A stretch of 64,000 nucleotides of DNA from Camelus ferus (taxonomy: Eukaryota): the NCBI RefSeq assembly GCF_009834535.1, contig NC_045696.1, positions 21,888,001-21,952,000 on the forward strand. Direction: 5' to 3'. The position numbers and the translations under genes were made by a program. Under the pieces are notes generated by a model. The model was not told the DNA's origin. It worked only from the letters and a program-made list of their open reading frames with translations, and searched no databases. Positions 14,700 through 26,199 of this stretch are shown here, one piece after another. The first letter of the stretch is position 1, and each line of letters begins with the position of its first letter.

Positions 14700-15040
14700 C
14701 TTTAATTAAAGTATAGTTGATTTACAATGTTAGGTTAATTTCTGGTGTACAGCATAGTGATTCATTTATAAATATATATATATTTGTTTTCATATTCTTT
14801 TTCATTATAGGCCATTACAAGGTATTCAATATAGTTCTCTGTACTATACAGTAGGACCTTGTTGTTTATCTTTTACATACGGTAGTTTGTATCTACAAAC
14901 TTCCAACTCCCAATTTATCATTCCTTACCACTTGGCTCTCCTGGTAACTGTATGTTTGTTTTCCATGTCTGTGAGTCTGTCTCTGTTTTGTAAGTAAGTT
15001 CATTTGTGCCCTTTTTTTCAGATTCCACATATAAGTGGAA
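14700..15040 (-). mobile_element. cetartiodactyl-type L1 3' end fragment
   Basis: Reverse complement of the L1 3'UTR type seen at 22235-22498 and 49326-49759 (gtatagttgatttacaatgt...cagattccacatataagt). Confidence 0.85.
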
Positions 15041-15621
15041 TCTTTTTTTTTTTTTTGTATTTTCTAAATTTTCTATGAGTCAGAACAAAAATAAACATGT
15101 TTTTTAAAAACAAAACTTCCAATTTGCTTGTTGAGTTCTCTAGAGCTCTTTACAGAACAGATTTTGCTAACTTTCCCTGTGATGGCATATGCCATGGTTC
15201 TTTGGTGCCTGTACTTCCTACGTATTGGTGGTGAGACCTAGAAGCTTGATCAAATTCAGGTTCAATTTCTTTGGCAAGTCCAATTCATGTGTGTTGTGTT
15301 GTTCTTCAGGAAGCATATGATGTCTAGTTGTCTCTCTTTTTGTATGTTAACACTGTTTGATGATATGTTCCTATATTAATTAATTCATTAGAGTTTACTG
15401 AATGATGATTTCATCTCTTCTCTCACTCCTTTTTCTTTTATTTGATGGAATACTTTCATAAAGAGAAACTCTCTCTCATCAAATATTTGATTAGGCAAAA
15501 AAATAGTTTGTTAAAAAGGTGGAAAAGTAATTTATTTAGAAAGGTAGTATAAATGTTTAATTCTTTTTTAATCAGATTTAAAAATGGATTCATTCCCTAG
15601 CATCCTCAAAATGTAATTTTA

Positions 15622-15806
15622 GTAAGCAGAATTCTAAAATAAACCCCAATCATCCTTGGCCTTGTATAAGCCCCTCTCCTTCAGTATGAGCAGAGCCTAT
15701 GAATATGATGGAATATCACTCCTGTGATAATGGTATATTACACAGCAAAGGCTAATTCAATTTAATATAATGTATAGTACAATCAAAAGCAAGATTATCC
15801 CGGGTG
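15622..15806 (+). mobile_element. MaLR LTR 5' part (MLT1E-like), truncated at an L1 junction
   Basis: gcagaattctaa...tgtataagcccctctcctt...tgaatatgatggaatatcactcctgtgat...aatcaaaagcaagattatcccgggtg. Confidence 0.7.
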
Positions 15807-18800
15807 TGGAGAAAAAGGAACCCTCCTACACTGTTGGTGGGAATGGAAATTGGTATAGCCACTATGGAGAACAGTGTGAGGGTTCCTTAAAAAACTAAAA
15901 ATAGACTTACCATATGATCCAGCAATCCCACTCCTGGGCATATACCTGGATAAAAATGTAATTTGAAAAGACACATGCACCCCAGTGTTCACAGCAGCAC
16001 TATTCACAATAGCGAAGACATGGAAACAATCCAAATATTCATCGACAGATGACTGGATAAAGAAGATGTGGTATGTGTATGTGGTAAGATATATTCAAAG
16101 TCCTGATTGAGGAAAGCTGCATTCTAGTATACTGTATCCAGCAAGACTCTCCTTTAGAATAGAAGGAGAGATAAAGAATTTCACAAACAGTGGGGGAGGG
16201 TATAGCTCAGTTGTAGAGTACATCCCTAACCTGCGCAAGGTCCTGGGTTCAATCCCCAGTACTGCCCTTAAAAAAATTTTTTTTAATTTCACAGACAAAA
16301 ACTAAAAGAATTCATCAATACTAAACCTATGCTAAAACAAATATTGAAAGGTCTACTCTAAATAGAAAAGAATCAGGCCTCTATAGAAAGGAGAAAACCA
16401 TAATTGGAATTGCAATAACTGCAATGAATTGCAATAGAATAAGCATGAAGATGTAAAAGAGGACATCAAAATTATTAAAGGTGGGAGAGGAGAGCAAGAA
16501 AATATAGATTTTTTTCTTCTTTTCATTCTTTTTAGGATGCGTTTGAGCTTATATGACTATCAGTTTAAAGCAAACAGATATAGTAATGGGTTAATATACT
16601 TGAAAAACAGGGTAACTAGAAATCAAAAGCATACAATAGAGCCACAAAAACAAAAAAGAAACCAAGATAATACAAAAGAAAATTATCAAACCACAAAAAG
16701 ACAAAAGAAAAAGAAAGGAACAAAGAGGAAATACCAAATCAACTGGAAAACTAAGTTCAAAATGGCAATAAACAGACATCTATCAATAATTACCATAAAT
16801 GTCAATGGACTAAATGCTGCAATCAAAAGACATAGAGTGGCAGACTGGATAACAAAACAAGAACCTACAATATGCTGCATACAAAAGACCCACTTGAGGA
16901 TGAAATACACACATAGACTGGCAGTGAGAGAACAGAAAAAGATATTTCATGCAAATGGAAATTACAAGAAAGCAGGGGTAGCAATATTGATTTCAGACAA
17001 AATAGACTTTAAAACAAAGGCCATAAAGATAAAGAAGGACAGACACTATGTAATGATTAAAGGAGCAATGCAAGATGCGGATATTACATTCATTAACATA
17101 TATGTACCTAATACAGGAGCACCTAAATACATAAAGCAAATACTAACAGACATAAAGGGAGAAATTGATGGGAACACAATCATAGTAGGAGACTTAATAC
17201 CCTATTAACATCATTAGACAATCTTCCAGACAGAAAATCAATAAGGCAACAGAGATGCCAAATGACACAATAGAACAGTTGGACTTGGTTGATATTTTTA
17301 GGACATTACATACCAAAAAAACAGAATATACATTCTTTTCAAGTGTGCATGGAACATTCTCTAGGATAGACCATGTACTTGGGCACAAAAGAAGCCTCAA
17401 AAAATTTAAGAGGATAGAAACTATTTCAAGCATCTTTTCTTACCACAATGCCATGAAACTAGAAACATGCTACCAAAAACCAATGGGTCAATCATAAAAT
17501 CAAAGAAGAAATTAAAAAATACTTTGAGACAAATGACAATGAAAACACAATCATACAAAATCTATGGGATGCAGCAAAAGCAGTCCTTAGAGGGAAGTTC
17601 ATAGCGATGCAGGCCTTCCTCAAGAAACAAGAACAATCTCAAGTAAACAACCTAACCTATCACCTAAAAGAATTAGAAAAATAAGAGTAAACAAAACCTA
17701 AAGTCAGCAGAAGGAAGGAAATAATAAAGATCAGGGAGGAAAAAAATAACATAGAGATTTAAAAAAAAAAAAAAAGAAAAAATTAATCAAACCAAGAGCT
17801 GGTTTTTTGAAAGAGTAAACAAAATTGACAAACCTCTGGCCAGGCTCCCCAGGAAGAAAAAAGAGAGAACATTAATTAAAAAATAAGAAAGGAAAATGGA
17901 GAAATTACAACCAATACCATAGAAATACAAAAAACCATAAGAGAACACTATGAACAACTATATGGAAACAAATTGTACAACCTAGAAGAAATGGATGAGT
18001 TTCTGGAAACATACAATCCACCAAGACTGAATCAAGAAGAAACTGACCCCTTGAACAGACCAATCACTAGAAATGAAATAGAATCAGCAATAAAAAACCT
18101 CCCTACAAATAAAAGTCCAGGACCAGATGGCTTCACTGGGAAATTCCATCAAACATACAAAGAAGAGCTCATAATTATCCTCCTCAAATTCTTCCAAAAG
18201 ATTGAAAAGGAGGGAGTACTCCCAAAATCATTCTGTGAAGCCACCATCACCCTCATACCAAAACCAGGCAAAGACACTACCAAAAAGAAAATTATAGGCC
18301 AATATCACTGATGAAAATAGATGCAAAAATCCTCAACAAAATATTACCAAACACAATCCAACAACACATAAAAAATATCAAACACCCTGATCAAGCTGGA
18401 TTCATCCCAGGGACACAAGGATGGTTCAACACATGCAAATCAATCAATGTGATCCATCACATCAACAAAAGAAAGGACAAAAATCACATGATCACCTCAA
18501 AAGATACAGAAAAAGCATTTGATAAAATTCAACACCATTTGTGATAACACTCTTACCAAAGTGGGCATAGAGGGAACATATCTCAAAATAATAAGTTATT
18601 TATGACAAATCCACAGCCAGCATAATACTCAACAATGAAAAACTGAAATTCTCCCCACTAAAATCTGGAAAAGACAAGAATGCCCACTCTCACCATTTCT
18701 AGTCAAGAGAGTCTTGGAAGTCCTAGCCACAGCACTGAGCCAAGAAAAAGAAATAAAAGGGATTCAAACTGGAAGATAAGAGGTAAAATTGTCACTATAT

Positions 18801-19173
18801 GTGGATGGCATGATACTATATAAAGAAAACCCTATAAGCTCCAAACGGAAACTCCTAGAGCTGATAAAAGAATTTAGCAAAGTAGCAGGATATAAGATTA
18901 AAATACAGAAATCAGTTGTATTTCTCTACACAAACAATGAAATAGCAGGAAAAGAAAGTAAAGAAACAATCCCTTTTAAAATTTCACCCAAAACAATAAA
19001 GTACTTAGGAATAAATCTGACCAAGGCGGTGAAAGACTTACACGCAGATAATTACAAAACATTGACTAAGGAAATTAAAGATGACTTAAAGAAATGGAAA
19101 GATACCCCATGCTCTTGGATTGGAAGAATTAATATTGCTAAAATGGCCATACTGCCCAAGGCAATCTACAGAT
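15802..19173 (+). mobile_element. rearranged, doubly truncated older LINE-1 (ORF2 3' piece, then ORF1 end, spacer and 5' two-thirds of ORF2)
   Basis: ORF fragments 16537-17208 (endonuclease), 17255-17497, 17973-18311, 18311-18544 and 18789-19173 are homologous to the full-length copy; multiple stops and frameshifts; YADD decayed to YVDG. Confidence 0.93.
16190..16284 (+). mobile_element. tRNA-derived SINE (camelid Vic-1-like) nested in L1
   Basis: Pol III A box (tagctcagttg) and B box (ggttcaatccc), A/T tail, 13-bp TSD aatttcacaaaca (16177-16189) / aatttcacagaca (16285-16297). Confidence 0.9.
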
Positions 19174-19689
19174 CACAGCGAGAAATGTTCCCTCCACTTT
19201 TAGATTACAGAAGTATTCACTTATGTTTTCTTCTAGTTATTATATGGTTTTATATTTTACGTTTGACTCTGACCCATTCGGAATTTATCTGGTGAACAGT
19301 GTAAAAACTGAATGAGAGCAGGGCTCTTTGCTTTTTTGCTGATGTACTCTAAGTAGCAGAACAAGTAACCAGCACATATTAGGGGCTCTGAAAATATTCA
19401 TTGAGTTTATGACTAAGTGAATAAAGAGGAAGTTAGAAATAAACGTTCATTTAACAACTGAAACATCCCATGTGCATTAACTTAAATTATTTCCTTATAA
19501 CAGCCCTCTAAGGTGCTTTTTGTTTGCTGATTTTTTTATCATTAAAGAGGAAATCAGTTCAGAGAGAGCAGGCACTTAGTTCAAGACTGCATCACTCATA
19601 AGTGGTAGAGCTGCAAATCAGTGTGACATTCTTGGTTTGTGACTCACCACACATGCGTGTGCATGGATAGTTGCTGCAGGGCAGTGTGT

Positions 19690-19935
19690 CTGTCAAGATC
19701 CTAGATCTGGATTTAGATAGATTTATAACTTCCAAACTTCATCTCTACCGCTTGCTAGTCACAGTCAACTTATTTATTTAACTCTCTGTGTCTTGGGGTT
19801 TTTGTTTTTGTTTTGTTTTTAATCTATGATAATTGTACCTGCGTCAGAAGTTTACTGTGAGAACTAAATGGGCAAATGCATGCAAAAGTCTTAGATCATG
19901 GTACATGTAAGTGCTTGGTAAATTTTAGCTGTTGT
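19690..19935 (+). mobile_element. MIR fragment
   Basis: tttaactctctgtgtct...gataattgtacct...tgtgagaactaaatg...catggtacatgtaagtgct. Confidence 0.6.
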
Positions 19936-20454
19936 GATTTATTCAGAACATTATTCACTTTCCCTTTTCTACCTTTCTTCCACTGGTTTGATCACCAAAT
20001 GTCCAAAACATCTTCAAAGGGTTTGGTTGCATGCAAAGCAGACCATTTCTTTCTATGTGCTTTCAGGTACATCAGCTTTCCAACAACCCTCCTGATAGTG
20101 TACACTTAAAATTCTTACCATTGAAATGCTTAGAATTTTTTTTTAATCTTAAAAATCTATCCCACTGATGGGTTAGCTCTAAGGTAGCTATCGTGTTTTT
20201 GCAAAGGCATAGTTAAAATACATTTGAGCACACAGGACCAGAGGTGTTTATGGTATCAGCTAGATGATGTGTTTGACCCTCAGGGAAAAGATACAAGAGG
20301 TGCATCTTTCCAAGTACAAGGTTAGCAGTAACATATCAAGATTCCCAAGGATGTTGGGCAGCAGCATGTTGGGGAAGGGTCAAAGAGAGTCCATGAGGTG
20401 GGCAGCAAAGAAGCATCATATCACCTGTCTGATCACCTCCTATCCACCCCCTTT

Positions 20455-20943
20455 ATGAGGGAGGCATTCCAGCCTTAGGGGAATGGGGTTGGCCAAACAT
20501 GACTCCTGACCCTGCACAGATGAGACTGACAGCAGTGTATCAGTCACATATACTTACACCTGGGAGGGAGGAGGACGGTGCATATCATGGAGGGTCACAC
20601 AGGACTGCACCCAGGAACAGAATGAATGGCCAGGGGTTTTAGGAGGCAGATTTTCTACTATCAAGACAGTGAGGTGCCTTCCAGTTCCTGGGGGAGGATG
20701 TGATTGGCTTGTCTGAATAATTCCTCAGGCTGGCAGGGAACTGAAACTGGCTACTCAGAGATAAGCAGGAATTGTGCCTGGTCTCCTTCATATGGAGGGT
20801 TGTTTGGCTAGGAGACCTCATCCAACAGGAGCAGAGTGCTAGTGGTGGGGGACTTGGAGTTGGACTGAATGAGCCCTCCTGATGTCCCCAAATGTCAAGG
20901 CAGCACACAATACTAAGCTTCAAGTTGAGGCCTTACACCCCAG
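20455..20943 (-). mobile_element. old solo LTR (ERVL class, MER54/MER74-like)
   Basis: GC-richer block with LTR-like text (tgtgattggcttgtctgaataattcc...gataagcaggaa); family is a guess. Confidence 0.5.
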
Positions 20944-22234
20944 CATCCAGTGAGGGTGGGTGCCTGGAGGAAGAGAACAGCTGGAAAAGCTCCTGGCAGA
21001 GATCTTTAATTCATCTTTTGCTTGACCCCACACTGCTTGTGATACACCCTCATGAGCCGTCTTGTGCATTAAAGACTCTGGCTCTTAATGTGTTGCTCGG
21101 TCAGGCATCATAGATGTACGGGATCTTCAACATGGAAAACCAATTACTTCTTTCAGTAATCTCATACAGAAACCAAAACAACCATCCAAATAAACTGCGT
21201 AAACTTGTAAGCACAAAAGTTGATGATTAAATGAACAGGTAACTATGAGAGAGAATATGTTGCTTTATACCAAACAGTAACTATGAAGTGATTGATGAAG
21301 CCACTCATGAAACTTTAAATTGACAGACACCTTAAATTTGGTAAATGAATAAGCCTCTAGTGGAAACATCACTCTTAGATATGACAGAAAATGTACATGT
21401 ATTTGATGAATACATTTTGCAAATATCCAGTCATTAGTTTTAATAATTTTATTTCTAATCTCCATGTATCATCTCTTTTGTAACCACCCTCATCCTTAGG
21501 TAAAACTACTTTCAATGGTGTTCTATTCTTTGGTGATATTGCTTCTACATCCAAGTTGACACAGGAGGTTTTCTCTGGCCTTGACAGAGCCTGTTAAAAT
21601 GCCCCCAAAATGAGCAGAAATGTGTTGGTGGGGTTTTTTTTTGCATCGTTATTGAGTTGCTACATTTTGGCACAGCCTTTTAATTAGCCATTCAAGCTCA
21701 TAGAGAATCTCTTCCAGAAAATGGTGCAACAATATGCTAACTTTCTGTTTAAACTGCTCAAATTAATTATCTTTCTTCAGTAAGAAACTCATATTTTACA
21801 AGAATTTAATGCAGTATATGGACCTTGGCCAGTGACTGTAAGAAAGTATATAGTTTTAAAAGATTTTTAAAGGAATGTATGTCCATCAGTAGTTCTGAAT
21901 GCATCTCTTCTTACATATATTATTTTGTTTGGGGTTTTTAACAAAATAAATCAATTTTTTAAAATGGAGAAAATAGGATCATTTTAATAGAAACAGCTTA
22001 GGCATTTAAAACTTCATAGTTTCTTACACATACTAAAATTAAATTCTTCACGAATGGAGATTAAAACAAAGTAATTATTTTTAGAAAATGTAAAATGATA
22101 GTTGTTCTTTAAGGGCAATAATTTACCTGAGATAACACAACAATTCAATTATTTTAATGTAGATAAACAAATTGATTGATAAATAGAGCATTTACTAAGT
22201 GCCTGACACTGACAATGAAAATCTACATTCATGG

Positions 22235-22498
22235 AAACAGACACGGTTACCAGGAGGGAAACAGGGGAGGGAGGGATCAACTAGGAGTTTGGGATTTGCA
22301 GATATTAACTACTATATATAAAAATAGATAAACAACAAGGTCCTACTGCATAGCACAGGGAACTATCTTCAATACCTTGTAATGGCCTGTAATGAAAAAG
22401 AATATGAAAATATGAAAATATGGAAAAGAATAACTGAATCACTGTGCTGTACACCAGAAATTAACACAACATTGTAAAACGACTATACTTCAATAAAA
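22235..22498 (+). mobile_element. 5'-truncated L1 3' end with 18-bp TSD
   Basis: L1 3'UTR ending caataaaa; TSD gaaaatctacattcatgg (22217-22234) / gaaaatctacatttatgg (22499-22516). Confidence 0.9.
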
Positions 22499-22539
22499 GA
22501 AAATCTACATTTATGGGATTTACAGTTTGGAAGATGGTA

Positions 22540-23212
22540 GGCAAGAACAATAAATGAGAAAAAAATATTAACTACTGACCACACCATGCAATTATTAAAA
22601 TTAGATGATAATGTTAAAGAGTGTGCTACTCTAGATTGGGTTGTCAAGAAGACTCCTCTGAAAAGTGGTATTTAATCTTAGTTCTGAGCATCAAGAAAAT
22701 GGTATAAACACCAGGAAGAAGAGCATTCCAGTGTGCTGGCTCTAAGGCAGAAACTGGTTTAAAAAAAAAAAAAAAAAAAGTCTAATGTGATTGAAGCGTG
22801 GTGGGTCTGAAATTAGTCAGAAGAGTAAAAGTTGGCACAATCTAGATGAGATTGATAAGCCAGGGTAAGGTGTGAATTTTATTCTAATTGTGATGGGTGG
22901 TGATCAGAGACTTAAAACAAGGGGGACATGATCACTCTGGATCTACAGGAGAAAGGACTATAGGGCTGGCTGAAAGAGTCAAAGCAGGCACACCAGTAAG
23001 AAAATTGTGTCCAAAGGTTGGATATGTGATTATGAGAAATACAGAGGAATCAAAAAATAACTTGATATTTTGGCTTAAGTCATTTGGCAGAGATAGGCAC
23101 TATGGTATTTACTGAAACGAGGAAGATGAGTGAGGAGCAGGTTTGGAGGAACAGGAAAGATTTGGGGCCATGTTGTATTTGAGATACATCTTTCATCTAA
23201 ATGGTAGTGCCA
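22540..23212 (-). mobile_element. L2 LINE fragment, left part (interrupted by full-length L1)
   Basis: Purine-rich antisense L2 motifs (gaagagcattccag, gaattttattctaattgtgatggg, gagcaggtttggagg...ccatgttgtatttgag). Confidence 0.7.
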
Positions 23213-24420
23213 GAGAGGAGGAGAGAAGATGGCGGAGTAGAAGGACGCTCGCAGGTCACCCTCTCCCACAAATACACCAAGACCCACATCTACAGACCCA
23301 CTCAGCCAACCAGAGCACCTGTGGAACTCCGACAGAACATCGCCCTCTTCAAAAGATAAAGACGCCAAAAATCTGGTAGGAGAAAAGGAAAAAAGAAAGA
23401 ACAAAAGGCAAAGCAGTGCGGGACGGGTCCCGCGGGGAGGGAGCGGCAAAGGAGGACTGGCGCTCGTTCGCTGGGTCTCCCCTCTCCAACTGAGAGGCCA
23501 GCAGGACGGAGGGGGAGCCTCCGAGGCTCAGATCTATACGGAGCAGCCCTTGACTGACAGAACTAAGTTAAACGGGCACAGAGGGCCCCCCCGACACCCA
23601 GCCTGAGACGCGGGCCGGCAGCGGCGGGCAGGGCCAGGCTGCACAAGGTGGGTGGAGGACGGGGGCGGCTGCACTGAGGCAGCCCCGGGGGACCGCAAGG
23701 GGCTGCGCGCCTTGGCTGTGGGTGTACAGGGCAGAACAATCTGGGCCCTCCATAAAACAACACGGTTGATGTGCCCTGGGGGGAAGGGTGCATACCCCCC
23801 CCCATCTCTGAAAACCCCCAGAAAGCTTTCGGGGGAAGAGAGGTGGGGCTCAGGCACAGCTGCCATATCCTCCGGCGCTTAGCATCCAGGCGGGGGCGGG
23901 GGCGAAACCTGTATCTGCACCCAAGGGCTTAGCAGCCTCAAAGGCCAGACTGAGACTGGCCTACAGCCTGAGGCAGATAGGATCCTTCCATCCTGGTCCC
24001 TCAGAGAACTTGCTCCACAAAGGACAAACAAGGAGCTGGGTTTTGGCTCAGAGCAGGGACAGGGCTGTCCCTCGGTCTTCCCCGAGCCCCACCTGCGGAG
24101 TGCCGACCAGGGCGGAGCGCGCAGCCGCACAGAGCAGCGGAGCTACCGGCGGCGCAGGTAGAGGGAGAGCGGCCCCCCGCCTTTCGGGCAGGAACACAGC
24201 CCCTGATCGAGGTGCTGGGAGGGGGCAAGACCCTGCCCTCCTACCTGGCCAGTCTGCAACATCTGACTGCGGCATCGGGAGGGGCAGTGACCCGCCCGCC
24301 CACAGCAGAGGAGAGCTGCACCTGACCCAGTGTTGGGAGGAGGCGCGATCTGCTTGCCGACAGGTACTGAGAGCAGCACAGAAGAGGGCGCCAACGGAGG
24401 GCCTCTGAAAACAGCAAGCT
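23213..24420 (+). promoter_or_regulatory. L1 internal promoter / CpG island with YY1-type site
   Basis: Dense CpGs; aagatggcgg at 23226-23235, positioned like the YY1 site near the 5' end of L1s; GC boxes such as gggggcgggggcg near 23892. Confidence 0.8.
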
Positions 24421-24895
24421 GAGCTTCCAAAACAGGACGAAGACAGAAAGACTTCACATTAAAAGCACACAGACTCCAGGAGAACACCGACAACCCCCCT
24501 TCTTTTTTTTTTTTAAATCTGTTTTTACCTGTTCTATTTTCTATTACCTTCTTAATTTTTACTTCTTAATTCATTTCTCTTTCTCTTGGGTTTTGATGCA
24601 CTGTTATTGATTAGACACAGGTTTCAAATACATCTTTTCATCTTTTCCCCTTTTTTTTAAAGGTTTTAAAAGGACGTCTCAACCCAATTGACACTCTGCT
24701 TCAACTCGCTTTTCTATTATTCATTATACACTGTTTTCAAACCTTCTTTCTCCCTTCTTTTAAAACTCTTTATCTCTCTCTCTTGTTTTTTCTTTTTTTT
24801 CCTAAGTCTTATCCCTAAATAGGCATTAGATAGATAAACTCCTTAAGGACCACAATAGATAACTGATACTCCATAAACCACAGTGCCAGAGAGGT

Positions 24896-25798
24896 ATGAG
24901 CAAGATGAAGAAGCAGAGAAACCTTTCCCAATTAAAAGAACAAGAGAAATCCCCTGAAAGAAAGATCAATGAAATAGATATCGATAGCCTACTAGATCAA
25001 GATTTCAAAAAAGGAGTGATCAAAGTGCTGAAGGAATTAAAAGAGATAGTGTTTAGAGATATAAAATATGTCAAAAATGAAATTGAAGCTATAAAGCAGA
25101 GCCAAGTAGAATGGGTAAACTCATTGACAGAGTTGAGGAATGATCTAATAGCTGTGCAAAGCCGACTAGATAATGCAGAGGAACGAATTAGTGATCTAGA
25201 AGACAGGACAATAGAAAGCACCCATTCAGAAGAGCTACAAGATAAACAAATAAAAAATAATGAAAATAGCATAAGGGACCTATGGGATAATATAAAGAGT
25301 CCCAATCTTTGCGTAATAGGGGTCCCAGAAGGGGAAGAAAGATCAAACGGGATTGAAAAGGTTTTTGAAGAAATCATGACTGAAAACTTCCCAAACTTAA
25401 AGAAGGAATCAGATATCCAAGTACAGGAAGCTCAGAGGGTCCCAAACAGGAAGAACCCAAATAGACCCACACCAAGACGTATCATAATCAAGATGGCCAG
25501 AGTCAAGGATAAAGAAATGATTCTAAAGGCAGCAAGAGAAAAGCAAAGAGTAAGTTACAAGGGAACCCACATAAGGCTGTCAGATGATTTCTCTACACAA
25601 ACATTACAGGCCAGAAGGGAGTGGCAAGATATATTCAAAGAACTGAATGAAAAAAAGATGCAGCCTAGGATACTTTATCCAGCAAGGCTATCCTTTAGGA
25701 TAGAAGGAGAAATTAAGAATTTCACAGACAAGAAAAAGCTGCAGGAGTTTAGCAACACTAAACCTATGCTAAAAGAAACATTGAAAGGTCTGTTCTAA
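24896..25798 (+). CDS. LINE-1 ORF1p (coiled coil, RRM, CTD), intact 300 aa
   Basis: ATG to TAA without disruption; motifs NLCVIGVPEGEE, IMTENFPNL, ILKAAREK, LQARREW, YPARLSF. Confidence 0.93.
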   Translation: MSKMKKQRNLSQLKEQEKSPERKINEIDIDSLLDQDFKKGVIKVLKELKEIVFRDIKYVKNEIEAIKQSQVEWVNSLTELRNDLIAVQSRLDNAEERISDLEDRTIESTHSEELQDKQIKNNENSIRDLWDNIKSPNLCVIGVPEGEERSNGIEKVFEEIMTENFPNLKKESDIQVQEAQRVPNRKNPNRPTPRRIIIKMARVKDKEMILKAAREKQRVSYKGTHIRLSDDFSTQTLQARREWQDIFKELNEKKMQPRILYPARLSFRIEGEIKNFTDKKKLQEFSNTKPMLKETLKGLF

Positions 25799-26199
25799 AT
25801 AGAAAAGCAGCAGGATGCTACAGAAATGAGAAACTCACAACTGGAAAGGTGATAACTCATGAATTACAAATAAACACGAAATTATAAAAGAAGACATACA
25901 AATCACTGAGAGTGGGAGAGGGAGGCAGGGAAATATAGAATATATTTTTTTCTTTCTTTTTTAAATTTTTTTAATGGTAGGATGGGTTTGAGATCATGTT
26001 ACTATCAGTTTAATAAAAACAGTTATAGTAATGGGCTAATAGATTTACGAAAAAGGGTAACCACAAGCCAAAAATTTACAAAGGAGTCACAAAAACTAAA
26101 TAAAATCCATGATAATACAAAGGAAAATTACCAAACCACAAAAGGAAGAAGAAAGGAACAAAGAGGATATACCAATTCAACTGCAAAGATAAGTTCAAA

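Noticed and set aside
16190..16270. Functional tRNA gene
   Set aside because: Flanked by a TSD with an A-rich tail, inside an L1, with a degenerate cloverleaf; it is a SINE.
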